A stretch of DNA of 26,832 nt from a virus (taxonomy: Duplodnaviria > Caudoviricetes): positions 1 through 26,832 of IMG/VR virus record IMGVR_UViG_3300044652_000033; one strand, 5' to 3'. The notes below the pieces were generated by a model. That model did no database searches. It saw nothing but the letters and a program-made list of their open reading frames with translations, and was not told where the DNA came from. Shown here piece after piece: positions 1 through 8,640 of the stretch (positions are counted from its first letter, which is position 1; each line of letters starts with the position of its first letter). Made by a program: the position numbers and the translations under genes.

Positions 1-28
1 CATTTTTGTTCCGCGCCGCATCGTTCAT
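1..28 (-). CDS. 5' end of a gene running off the window (MNDAARNKN...)
   Basis: ATG at 28 overlaps the TGA of the upstream gene (ATGA) and follows GAGGAGGAAAG. Confidence 0.5.
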
Positions 29-455
29 TTGCTTTCCTCCTCTTTCGCGCGCATCCAGGCAACCGCCTTCTCAAATGCCGTTCTACAGTCTGCATCAGGA
101 ACACTGCAACTCTGATAGGTTTGATTGTAGTACTCGGGCTGGGCGTCACCAGAGGTCACCGTACAGTCGATCATCATATTGTGCGCCGTTTGAAACCTTA
201 CGGAGCGAATGTATCCTGGCTCCTTCGTCCACTGGTTGATCTGTTGCTCTAGCGTGCGCAGCTCGGGCTGTGCGAAGTCGGAGAGACCCTCGCGGGCCAT
301 TTCACGGCATACATTAGCAGACCATCCCAACTGATCCGGTTTACGCGCTATTCTTTCCAGGGCCGCCCGCAGCCGCGCGTTTTCGCGCGACAACTTCACG
401 TTCTCCGCGTACAGGCGCGCTCCGCCTCTTTACGGTAGTATTCTGCGCTTTCCAT
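25..455 (-). pseudogene. Hypothetical coiled-coil phage protein, apparently frameshifted near its 5' end (intact frame 25..399)
   Basis: ATG at 455 overlaps the upstream stop (TGATG) and reads MESAEYYRKEAER. Removing 2 nt from the GCGCGC run at ~415-420 joins it to LYAENVKLSRENARLRAALE of the 124-aa ORF. Confidence 0.45.
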
Positions 456-652
456 CAGTTTTTCGGCACCTCGTAAAAGTAGGCGTACACGGAATAGGTC
501 GTGTACCCGCAAGTGGCGCAGCCCCAAATATTATCCGCTTCGGGATGCTTGCGCGCCACCGACGCGCAGGTACGACAGAGGTATCCTGGAATCTTCTCCC
601 AGGTTGCGCTAACGCGCATGGACTCGATCCGCTTTTTCTCCTTGGGGCTCAT
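455..652 (-). CDS. Small zinc-ribbon-like protein (65 aa, CRTC...CATC)
   Basis: Start revised to ATG 652 (MSPKEKK), just after the upstream stop at 657; two CxxC pairs. Confidence 0.6.
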   Translation of the reverse strand: MSPKEKKRIESMRVSATWEKIPGYLCRTCASVARKHPEADNIWGCATCGYTTYSVYAYFYEVPKN

Positions 653-656
653 ACCA

Positions 657-884
657 TTACGCAATCCCTTTGATGGCGATATCGCCGTCGGCTGGGTACC
701 AGGCTTTTTTCGCTGCCTCCAACGCCGCCGCCTCCGCCTGCCTGCGCAGTTCATCTATTTCTGTGGCAGCGACGACATGACCGTTAATGCTGCGGTTCCG
801 CAATGCGGATTCAAAAAGCAACTGGGCAGCCTTGGCGACCGCCAACTTTTGCTGCTCCTCGTTCAATTGGTAGAAGGACTTCAT
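657..884 (-). CDS. Hypothetical protein (75 aa)
   Basis: Start revised to ATG 884 (MKSFYQL), which overlaps the upstream TGA (ATGA). Confidence 0.65.
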   Translation of the reverse strand: MKSFYQLNEEQQKLAVAKAAQLLFESALRNRSINGHVVAATEIDELRRQAEAAALEAAKKAWYPADGDIAIKGIA

Positions 885-1246
885 AATACGAAATTCTCGT
901 CCAATTTTCCAGCTATTTCGTAGGCTCGAACGGCGCGGTCGCCCGCGTCCCTCAGGTGGTAGGCGATGTAGTCCTGCATATCCTTCAGCGAGAACTCGCC
1001 CTTGGGCTTCAGCGTAAACCAATGCGAAAGCTCGAAAAGCATTTGCGACGCCGCCAGTTCGGCAGAGTAGTCCACGTAGTCGCCCAGCAACAGATAGACG
1101 AACCGCTCGACTTTACCGAAGTTGTCCAAAGCTAGAACCTTTTCCAATCGCTTTATCTCCTCCAAAACTTGGAGGGAATTTTCGGGTCACAGAGACGCCT
1201 CAAGAGCCCAGAGCCTTGTAAGGTCCTCCTCCAATTGCCTTATCAT
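881..1246 (-). pseudogene. Hypothetical helical protein with an in-frame TGA at codon 20 (intact portion 881..1165)
   Basis: Strong SD AAAGGAGGTGA precedes ATG 1246; reads MIRQLEEDLTRLWALEASL*PENSLQVLEEIKRLEK in the frame of the 94-aa ORF. Confidence 0.5.
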
Positions 1247-1472
1247 CCGCCATCACCTCCTTTCGAAACGCGAATCCATCGAGCCGAACCTTACCGTTCG
1301 CCACGTCCATTTTATCCAGCCTTACTTCCTCTCGCGAGCCGTGACACTCCGCAATCACGAGGTGGCAATCCAATAACAGATCCTCAATCGTGTGGATGAC
1401 CTCCACCCGCTTTTGACAAACCGCGCAGATTGGCCAGCCGAGCCGTTTTAATGAGTCAGTTTCAATGCCCAT
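1200..1472 (-). CDS. Hypothetical protein with CAVC...ECH (possible Zn binding)
   Basis: ORF tiles with neighbours; SD GAGGAGG upstream. Confidence 0.6.
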   Translation of the reverse strand: MGIETDSLKRLGWPICAVCQKRVEVIHTIEDLLLDCHLVIAECHGSREEVRLDKMDVANGKVRLDGFAFRKEVMADDKAIGGGPYKALGS

Positions 1473-2065
1473 AATTCCTCCTCGTCACTGTCACTCGGCC
1501 ACGTTGGATTGTGCGCCCAAGCCCTCGCCTTGTCGATATCGTAAAAGACCTTCCTGTAGCCCATCCCTGCAACTCCTGGCATGTGCCAGGGCTCCGCCTC
1601 TACGACCATGCCCGGACGGCCTTCGACACCGCGAGGATTTCTTACTAGGCGAATTTTGGGTACCCGTCGCTGCATGTGGCATCCCGTGCATACCTGAATG
1701 TGCGGATATTCGTTGCAGTAGGGATCGAATTTACGGCGCTCGCTGGTGTAGACCTTGTGTTCGCAGGCTGGTCGGTGGAATTCGTGACAGCCGCCGCAGT
1801 ACTTGTTATCAATGTCGGCAGGATGATATGAAATCCGCAGACAGCGGCGACAGAAGATGGCTTCCTGGTTATTTTTGTCGCGCAGAATATCGTATGTGTT
1901 CCCTGAAGAAACCACCGAAAACACCTGCGTAACGTGGCTTCGGAAATCCTTCTCTACCTCAGCGGAAGTCACGCCAATGGGATAGAGGCGGCTGCGCCAG
2001 CCGCAGCCGCACACCACCCGAAGTTCCTTGCCTTCTTGCTGCACCCGCCGACCGTGTCCATGCAC
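1448..2065 (-). CDS. Cys/His-rich hypothetical phage protein
   Basis: CGCGW, CRRC, YCGGCHEFH and CTGC motifs; tiles with neighbours. Confidence 0.6.
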   Translation of the reverse strand: MHGHGRRVQQEGKELRVVCGCGWRSRLYPIGVTSAEVEKDFRSHVTQVFSVVSSGNTYDILRDKNNQEAIFCRRCLRISYHPADIDNKYCGGCHEFHRPACEHKVYTSERRKFDPYCNEYPHIQVCTGCHMQRRVPKIRLVRNPRGVEGRPGMVVEAEPWHMPGVAGMGYRKVFYDIDKARAWAHNPTWPSDSDEEELWALKLTH

Positions 2066-2070
2066 CCGAT

Positions 2071-2304
2071 TTACTCCTCCGTCTGCGTCAGGTGCGCGGA
2101 CAGCGCCTGGGCTTTATCGGCAGCTTCCTGCTCCGTTTCGAACGTCGCCAGATTCGGGACCGGGTGCCAGCGCCCGTCCTCCTCCGCCACCGTACCAACT
2201 TCCCATCTATTGTTTTCGACCATGCGGTACTGATACCCGCGTTGATCGCCTTTGAATCCGGCGCGTTTCTGTTCCAGCGTCTGGTCTTGCTTTTGATCGG
2301 CCAT
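2071..2304 (-). CDS. Hypothetical protein (77 aa)
   Basis: GAGGTG SD before ATG; tiles with neighbours. Confidence 0.65.
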   Translation of the reverse strand: MADQKQDQTLEQKRAGFKGDQRGYQYRMVENNRWEVGTVAEEDGRWHPVPNLATFETEQEAADKAQALSAHLTQTEE

Positions 2305-2307
2305 TGT

Positions 2308-3108
2308 TCACCTCACCAATTCATGCTCGTACATCAAAACTCGAAATTCCAGTCCACGCTTACGGCAAAAAGCGCGTGCTGCCTTAAATTTGGCGCGGGA
2401 TGCTGGGTTGTCGCAAAACTGCTTAGGTTTTACCTCTTCAAGCACTATCCGCCCAGAATGATACTCAATTTGGTAGTCGGGTATATACGTGTGCTCTACC
2501 CCACCTGTTCGATATGCTAAACGGTAGGGCTCACGAATCAGGTTTTTAACGTCAGACTGCTGAACCAAAAAGGAAACCCTGCGGTGCTCCCAAGTGCTGT
2601 CGCAGCGAATTTTCCCAAAGGCGGTTTTTATAGAACTCTTTATTCCTATGCTACCTCGCCCCTGAGGGTTCATTTCACCCTTGGCAATAGCCTCTTTGTG
2701 ATGCTCGCTTATTTTCTTTCGCTGGTCAGGAGGATGAGGAATTCCTTTATTCCAGCCCCCCTTACCCCACTTTTTACCCTGAGCCTTGAACTCCGCCGCG
2801 CGAGCGGACATGAGCTTTGCCATCTTTCGACGTGTCGCCTTGGAAAAGTTATGCGGTTTTCTATTGGAGGCTGACGCCTTGGCAATGCGTTCCGCTTTCT
2901 TCTCTGGGCTCTCTCTTTGGTGGAACGCCTTAGAGGACGCGGACATCCTCGCCCTCGTTTCAGGAGTGTTCATGGCTCGCGTGTGAGCTGCCCAGTGTTT
3001 TTCCGCGTAAGCCTTGCGTTCCTCAGGTGTCTGTGAAGCCCAGTAACGACGCAAGGAAGCTGCCCGCTTCGCAATGTGCTCAGGTGTTTGCGGTCCCTTT
3101 AGCGGCAT
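2308..3108 (-). CDS. Putative free-standing homing endonuclease: NUMOD3-like basic repeats plus C-terminal TnsA-like PD-(D/E)xK nuclease domain
   Basis: TPEHIAKR, TPETRARMSAS, SKATRRKM and WNKGIPHPPDQRKKISE repeats; CDSTWE...EP..LAY...YIPDYQI...EEVKP nuclease motif; start revised to ATG 3108. Confidence 0.75.
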   Translation of the reverse strand: MPLKGPQTPEHIAKRAASLRRYWASQTPEERKAYAEKHWAAHTRAMNTPETRARMSASSKAFHQRESPEKKAERIAKASASNRKPHNFSKATRRKMAKLMSARAAEFKAQGKKWGKGGWNKGIPHPPDQRKKISEHHKEAIAKGEMNPQGRGSIGIKSSIKTAFGKIRCDSTWEHRRVSFLVQQSDVKNLIREPYRLAYRTGGVEHTYIPDYQIEYHSGRIVLEEVKPKQFCDNPASRAKFKAARAFCRKRGLEFRVLMYEHELVR

Positions 3109-3830
3109 TGGAGTATTTTGTGAAGCTGAACGCAGATCCGCCAATTCGGGTGACGGTCCACCATCCGCGTCACATAATCGGCGTTAGCGCGATTCAGTTC
3201 ATGGACGCGGTTGATGGGCTGGACGTACACTAACGCGCGCGGATTTAGCGCGGCTAGCGCCTCAATGCGCGCCTCCTGATCCTCGATGTGCTCCGAGCCA
3301 TCCACCACGAACTTCCACTCGTTCACCGCTGGCGCGTTTTCGGCAATAAACGGATGTTTGGGGCTGCATGTGATCCACCGCAACTCGGAGGGCGTAAAGG
3401 CCCACCGCGGAAACGGTCGCGTCCCGCTCGTTTCGACGTGCAGCATGACCCCCCGCGCCACCAACGCCCACACCAGCGGCTCGAGGTCATGAAGAAATGG
3501 CTCTCCGCCCGTCACGCAAACGTGCCTTTTATTGCCCATTGCAGAGAGGAGCCCACCGACGGTTTTCATTGAGGTCCTGAAGTAGTCGGTGTCGCAGAGG
3601 AACCGCTGCCCGAGCGCCGTGGTACAAATCGGAAGTGTGGGGTTCTGTCGTCGCGCCTCGGCGAGGTCGGGCGGTAAGGTTTCTGGATCCGCGTACACGC
3701 CAACATTGCAGCCAGCCAATCGAATAAAGAAATGCGGCGTCCCTGCATACAGTCCTTCACCCTGGACAGAGTGGAAGATTTCCGCAATAGGGAATCGGAT
3801 CTGGTCGCCGACGCCGTAATCAGCCAACAT
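3099..3830 (-). CDS. queE: 7-carboxy-7-deazaguanine synthase (radical SAM), atypical cysteine spacing
   Basis: EIFHSVQGEG, FIRLAGCN, CDTDY, VCVTGGEP, VETSGT, ITCSPK and QLHKIL motifs; SD GAGGAGG before ATG 3830. Confidence 0.9.
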   Translation of the reverse strand: MLADYGVGDQIRFPIAEIFHSVQGEGLYAGTPHFFIRLAGCNVGVYADPETLPPDLAEARRQNPTLPICTTALGQRFLCDTDYFRTSMKTVGGLLSAMGNKRHVCVTGGEPFLHDLEPLVWALVARGVMLHVETSGTRPFPRWAFTPSELRWITCSPKHPFIAENAPAVNEWKFVVDGSEHIEDQEARIEALAALNPRALVYVQPINRVHELNRANADYVTRMVDRHPNWRICVQLHKILQCR

Positions 3831-4326
3831 CTGCAACCTCCTCTTGGATCACCGCGTCGAGGTAGTCCTCCTCGTTCGCCCAGTCCGAAAACACCGTCAC
3901 CTTGTTATTGGATGTCTCCCAAAGGCTGACGCTGATAACGTGCGCGGTCGGGTTGCTGACGATGACTGCGCACTCAATTTCCTCGACTAGGATCGAGGCA
4001 AAGTTCTCGGCGGTGGAGGGCTCGATATGCGGATGGTGGACGACCAGTTCCGTTTTTCGATCCATAGAAATCCCATCGGCGAGCAAAGCCCAACCGCCGC
4101 CCTGCGGGATGCCTAGAAAAGTGTGGTCGTATTTTCGCAGGGCGTTTTTGACGACCGTAAAGTCCACCACCATGCTGTAGCGGTTCAGCTTTTTGGCGCC
4201 GACGATGACCTTAGCCATGTAGTTGTGCCCGTGCAATTGCCGGCACTTGGAAGGGTAGTCCAGTTTCAACTGGTGCGCGATGCAGATGGGTCCCTCTGTC
4301 ACCGTAGCAATATGCCTATACCTCAT
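3820..4326 (-). CDS. queD: 6-carboxy-5,6,7,8-tetrahydropterin synthase (QueD/PTPS family)
   Basis: AHQL, CRQLHGHNY, MVVDF, YDHTFL, STAENFA and LWETSNN motifs; start revised to ATG 4326 with GAGG SD. Confidence 0.9.
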   Translation of the reverse strand: MRYRHIATVTEGPICIAHQLKLDYPSKCRQLHGHNYMAKVIVGAKKLNRYSMVVDFTVVKNALRKYDHTFLGIPQGGGWALLADGISMDRKTELVVHHPHIEPSTAENFASILVEEIECAVIVSNPTAHVISVSLWETSNNKVTVFSDWANEEDYLDAVIQEEVADVG

Positions 4327-4936
4327 TTTTGACCTCATCGTATTGTACAGATTTGGTTTTCCGTTCCCACACCGACAGGTAATCGTGAATGCAGGGCCAC
4401 TGCGGGATGTACATTTGGTCGAGTTCTTCGTAGTCCCGCTCCAGCACCTCAAAAAACGCATCGTTTGCTGTGCAGCCGCCAGATCCTTCACCGATGTAGA
4501 TAACCGTGTCTCCGCGAAAATGCTGCAAGCACTCGTAAGCCATCGAGTCCATGTACGGCCAGCAAAGGAACAGCGTCCAACCCTTCGCATACTGTGGGTC
4601 GGAGAGCACGCTAGGCTCGCCATAGCGGACGGGAAAATGCAATCGCATCTTCCAATCATTTTTTCTATGGCTACCTGGAGGCGCTTTATCGTAGGCGTGG
4701 ACCACAGCGCCCATTTCCGTCAGCAGTTTCGCCCAATAGCCTCCACCGGCACCAATTTCGACTATGGGTGAGAAGGACGCTACCCTCTCCAAGGCATTCG
4801 GCGAGGGGATAGCAAAAGCGTACTCCTCAAGGAGCTTATCTCGCGATAGGAGCATAGGGAGGGCTGGAATGGGTAGATTTGTTTCTACCGTGCCGCCCAG
4901 CGCCTTCCATTTTTCGTAGTATTCAATCGTGGGCAT
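4316..4936 (-). CDS. Class I SAM-dependent methyltransferase-like protein
   Basis: IVEIGAGGGYWA SAM-binding motif, acidic AYD after strand 2, LFLCWP, VIYIGE..GGCTA. Confidence 0.7.
   Translation of the reverse strand: MPTIEYYEKWKALGGTVETNLPIPALPMLLSRDKLLEEYAFAIPSPNALERVASFSPIVEIGAGGGYWAKLLTEMGAVVHAYDKAPPGSHRKNDWKMRLHFPVRYGEPSVLSDPQYAKGWTLFLCWPYMDSMAYECLQHFRGDTVIYIGEGSGGCTANDAFFEVLERDYEELDQMYIPQWPCIHDYLSVWERKTKSVQYDEVKNEV
4339..4350 (-). promoter_or_regulatory. Copy of recurring CTGTACAATACG promoter-like motif upstream of queD
   Basis: Matches copies at 16919-16934 and 26748-26763; contains a TACAAT -10-like hexamer. Confidence 0.45.
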
Positions 4937-5429
4937 GTCGTTTTACCGCCTTCAGGAAATACTCAAAAGAGAACATGACGAACCGCCGCCGGGCATGGAT
5001 GAAAACGAGGAATGGGAAGGCGACCTTTTTCATGTCTGGGACGACGTAGGAGCGAAATCGCGACAGCGACACCACGCAGTAGTCGCCCGTATTGTTGCCG
5101 CTCATGACGAGGAGCAACGTCCGCCCTTCCGCGCGCGGATCGTTCTCTTGACGGATCGCCTGATCCATCCAATTTTGCATGAGCTTGTTTCCCGTAAAGG
5201 CAAAGTACACCCGCCAGCTTTTGTCATGCTTCGACTCTACCGTAAACGGGACGATTTTTCGGAGTGCAGGTGAGATGCAGAGGTCTCCGCCATCCGCGTG
5301 CGGGTGTCCTCCGCTCAACGGAGTCCGATAGCAGTCCTTCGCGCAAAAGGGAGGGCCTACGGCCGCGAGGATGAGTTTGGCGACCTTCCTTTCGTGTTCA
5401 TTGCCCTTGTCCCGGCTGCGTTTGCTCAT
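4923..5429 (-). CDS. Holliday junction resolvase-like PD-(D/E)xK nuclease
   Basis: SRDKGNEHERKVAKL, RTPLSGG, GDL and VESKH motifs typical of phage Hjc-type resolvases. Confidence 0.75.
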   Translation of the reverse strand: MSKRSRDKGNEHERKVAKLILAAVGPPFCAKDCYRTPLSGGHPHADGGDLCISPALRKIVPFTVESKHDKSWRVYFAFTGNKLMQNWMDQAIRQENDPRAEGRTLLLVMSGNNTGDYCVVSLSRFRSYVVPDMKKVAFPFLVFIHARRRFVMFSFEYFLKAVKRHAHD

Positions 5430-5830
5430 GGCTTACGATACACCTTGAAGGCTCCTGGCGCGTCGGAATTGCAAACGACCAAATGTCGGTGTTCTGCGTC
5501 GCCATCCCACCGCAGCCATGCCACGTAATTGTCGGACGGTTCAGGCTGGAAAGGAAGGTCGTGTCGTTTTTCCAAGTCCAGCATACTGATATGACTGTTG
5601 ACTAGCGTCCACGCGCACCCCTCGGCGGTCTTCTGATACACCACCCAATAAGGACCAGAGCCTCGCACCATGGCGCGTCGAATCATGCCAGCCACCCCGA
5701 CTTTGACTGCGCTATGAAACGTCGTTACCGCATCGCCATCGAAAAGCTCCTCTCCGTTGCGGTCAAACATCCCGGTGCTGCGCCCAGGCACAACATCCTC
5801 CATTACAGGGGCCTGAAACCATCCTGCCAT
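5426..5830 (-). CDS. YopX-like phage protein
   Basis: STGMFDRNGEELFDGDAV resembles the YopX TGxxDxNGxEIYEGDIV motif. Confidence 0.55.
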   Translation of the reverse strand: MAGWFQAPVMEDVVPGRSTGMFDRNGEELFDGDAVTTFHSAVKVGVAGMIRRAMVRGSGPYWVVYQKTAEGCAWTLVNSHISMLDLEKRHDLPFQPEPSDNYVAWLRWDGDAEHRHLVVCNSDAPGAFKVYRKP

Positions 5831-5832
5831 TT

Positions 5833-8640
5833 TTAAACCTCCAACCTTGAGACTCCGTTTTCCTTGACGACCTCCAAATTACGCTCGCCCGACAGCGCAG
5901 ACAGAATATGCGGATTGTGGGTCGTCACCCAAATACTTCCGAACTTGTCTGCGATTTGCGTTAGCGCATTGGCGAACACCGTGGCATTGTGACTGTCGAG
6001 GCCCTCGCCTGGCTCATCCAAAAAGAGAACGTTCATCGGCACCATGACCTCGCGCAAGGCGAAGGAAACGATGAGGCTCGCCATCCTGCTTTCGCCCTGC
6101 GATTGATCCTCCACCGTAGCCCCGCCATGGACGTTGATAATGCAAACGTCGATATCCTCTCCGTCGATCAGAAACTCCACCGCGATCTCACCTTCGGAAA
6201 ACAGTTCCGAGTAGAACTCTGCCGCTGCGTTGAGGCGCGGGACTAGCTGGGCGGCGAGGTACGCTGGCAATCCGTCGCGAGAAAAGACATGGATGCAGAA
6301 GTTGTAAAACTCGATCTCCGAATGAAGCCCGCGCATCGCAAACTCGATGGATTTTTTCCCTTGCCGGGCCTTCCGCAGCGTTTCCGCGTATTCGGCGTGC
6401 TCCGCTTCCTGCTCCTTTCCGGCGGTGAGAGCCTGGTCTGCCATGCGGAAACGCAGCAGCGCCGAGCTAAACGCTTGCTCTAAGGGCTCTAGCGTGGCGC
6501 CCAACTTCTGTTCCTTGACCCGAAGCACCGCCATCTCCTCTTTTACCCGCTTTGCCTCCGATTTATGCTTCGACGCCAGCGCTTCCAGACGATCCCATTC
6601 CGCCTGCCACTCCTCCGCGCATTTGTGCAAAATGTCCTTGTCCACTTTTTGCTTGCACGTCGGGCAAATGCCGTCCATCGACTTGGCGCGCAGGATATTC
6701 GCGTTCAGCGGCGACTGCTTGCCTTCCGCAAGCGCCGCCTCCGTAATGAGGTCCGAAAGGTACGAGTCTTTTTTGGATAGCTCGTTACGAATAGCCTGGC
6801 GCTCGTTGTCGATCCGCTCCTTCTCCGCGTCGAGTTCTTTTTTCGCCTTGTCCTTGGCTTTGCGAGCGAGGTCTAGCTTTTCTTCGAGGTCGGCGATATC
6901 GTAGGTTTTCAGCGACCCGAGGAACTGTTTTACGGTCTGGATCTTTTGCGCTACCATCTCCGCATCCACGCTCAGACGATCCAGCGCGTCCTCTGTTTTT
7001 CTTCGATCCGCCTTCACCCGCTCCAGCGCAACCGCAAAGCGCTCCAGATTCTGAAACTGGCTGAAGATCGACTTCCGGTCTTTATCTGTACCTGTCAACA
7101 GCGTGGAAATATGCTGCTGGTCGATGTACAGGGCGTTGGTCATCACGTCCCACGTAATCCCGGTGAGCGCCTCGAGCGTTTTCTGGCTGTCCTTATTTCC
7201 CAGCCCGGAGGACATGTCCTTGCCGTCCACGATCAGGTTCAGCTTATGCGGATTCCGCTGCCGACGCAAAACGACGTGGCGGTTGTCGGGAAGATCGAAG
7301 TCTAGCTCGCCCCAGGACGATTCGTTTTTCGGCGCTTTGTTATAGCGCCAGCCGTCGAACTGCTGACCCTTGAGCGTTTTGCCAAACAGGACGACCGCCG
7401 GGAGCTGCAAGGCGTTCGTCTTGCCCACGCCGTTCTGTCGATCCGGCCAGTCGAGGTTCGTGCCTGTCACCACCGTGATCCCTGGCTCATACGTGATGGC
7501 GATATCGCGATACGAAAGGAAATTTTTACCGCGGGCTGAGTTCAACCGCAGCCCTTCAGTGGAACGTCGAAGGACGCCGGCTTGCTCCAGCTGGGCGATT
7601 AAATACGCCGCAACCTGATCGGCGGTTTCTTCGACCAGATCGGGCTTGTGTTCCTTGACGAAATCGAAGATCAGGTCAATATCGGACGCGGCTTCGGTGA
7701 CTGGTTTAATCTGACCGTCCGTAGCGATCCGCTCTGGGAATACGACGATCAGCGAATCTGGGTAGCGCAGTTGCGCGTCGGCGCGGGCTTTTTCCTTCAC
7801 CGAAAGCAGGTGCGAGGACGATTCGTAGGGTACATGAACTCGAATCGTCGCACCTTTAAAATCATCGGGACCGAATTGATCGAACGCCGGGTAGGTTTCG
7901 TCATAGAGGCCCGGCACCGAACTCGGGAGGGATTTTATCTTGCAACCCGCCAATTGATCGTCGAGGTCTACAAGCAGGTACCTTTTGCGCTGGTTCGCTT
8001 CGCCAAAATCGGTGCAGAAAGGACTGCCGACGTAGTAAACATTTTCCTCGAGCTTTTGCGGGAAGTGGAGGTGACCGCCAATGCAGAAACGGTACTTGTC
8101 TGGAAAGAGTTCGTCTACTTTGAGCGCCGAGGTGTCGCGCGAGATCATGTGGCGGCTCATTTTCGCTGTGGACAGTTCCTGATGGAAGAACAATACCGAG
8201 TCCTTGCGCTCCGCCGATCTCTGCGCCCAGTCCTTTAATTGCTCGCGAGCGGCTTGCAGGCTGTCTTGATACGGGAGCATGAAAAAGCGATACGGCGACC
8301 CGAGCAGGTGCAGTTCGGTGGGTGTGGTGACGACGTGCGCCCCAGCCGAAGCAAGGACTGGCGCGCAGGATCCCGTTTCAAAGGACATCCCGATGCGGTC
8401 GTGATTCCCCATCAAGACAATAAAACCTAGCTCCTCTTCCTGGAAACGCTTGGTAACGTCCACCATGAAATTCGTGACTCTTTGGTCTACCGGGTTGAGG
8501 GCATTTTTTACGTCGCCGCAATGCACGATGGTAGAAACCTTGTGCTCATGCGCGTATCGGATCAGGTCGTCCACCGCCATCCAGCATTTGGGCAAATTGA
8601 CCGGAGTCGCTTGCCAGTCCGAAGAGACGAGGAGCTTCAT
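5833..8640 (-). CDS. Fused Mre11/SbcD metallophosphoesterase and Rad50/SbcC ABC ATPase
   Basis: N-terminal SDWQ, HCGD, GNHD, FHQE, GHLH, YVGSP; C-terminal NFLSY, NGVGKT Walker A, Q-loop, coiled coil with CPTC hook, SQGE signature, LFLDEP, TTHN. Confidence 0.9.
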   Translation of the reverse strand: MKLLVSSDWQATPVNLPKCWMAVDDLIRYAHEHKVSTIVHCGDVKNALNPVDQRVTNFMVDVTKRFQEEELGFIVLMGNHDRIGMSFETGSCAPVLASAGAHVVTTPTELHLLGSPYRFFMLPYQDSLQAAREQLKDWAQRSAERKDSVLFFHQELSTAKMSRHMISRDTSALKVDELFPDKYRFCIGGHLHFPQKLEENVYYVGSPFCTDFGEANQRKRYLLVDLDDQLAGCKIKSLPSSVPGLYDETYPAFDQFGPDDFKGATIRVHVPYESSSHLLSVKEKARADAQLRYPDSLIVVFPERIATDGQIKPVTEAASDIDLIFDFVKEHKPDLVEETADQVAAYLIAQLEQAGVLRRSTEGLRLNSARGKNFLSYRDIAITYEPGITVVTGTNLDWPDRQNGVGKTNALQLPAVVLFGKTLKGQQFDGWRYNKAPKNESSWGELDFDLPDNRHVVLRRQRNPHKLNLIVDGKDMSSGLGNKDSQKTLEALTGITWDVMTNALYIDQQHISTLLTGTDKDRKSIFSQFQNLERFAVALERVKADRRKTEDALDRLSVDAEMVAQKIQTVKQFLGSLKTYDIADLEEKLDLARKAKDKAKKELDAEKERIDNERQAIRNELSKKDSYLSDLITEAALAEGKQSPLNANILRAKSMDGICPTCKQKVDKDILHKCAEEWQAEWDRLEALASKHKSEAKRVKEEMAVLRVKEQKLGATLEPLEQAFSSALLRFRMADQALTAGKEQEAEHAEYAETLRKARQGKKSIEFAMRGLHSEIEFYNFCIHVFSRDGLPAYLAAQLVPRLNAAAEFYSELFSEGEIAVEFLIDGEDIDVCIINVHGGATVEDQSQGESRMASLIVSFALREVMVPMNVLFLDEPGEGLDSHNATVFANALTQIADKFGSIWVTTHNPHILSALSGERNLEVVKENGVSRLEV

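Noticed and set aside
1187-1189. Genome-wide TGA recoding or selenocysteine
   Set aside because: Many well-supported genes end at TGA with coupled ATGA starts; only one internal TGA was seen
2308-3108. Tn7 transposon or group I intron
   Set aside because: No tnsB/tnsC or terminal repeats; queE has a complete C-terminus and there is no room for an intron core
4327-4659. Long N-terminal extension of QueD in the ORF track
   Set aside because: Overlaps the methyltransferase gene; an SD supports the start at 4326
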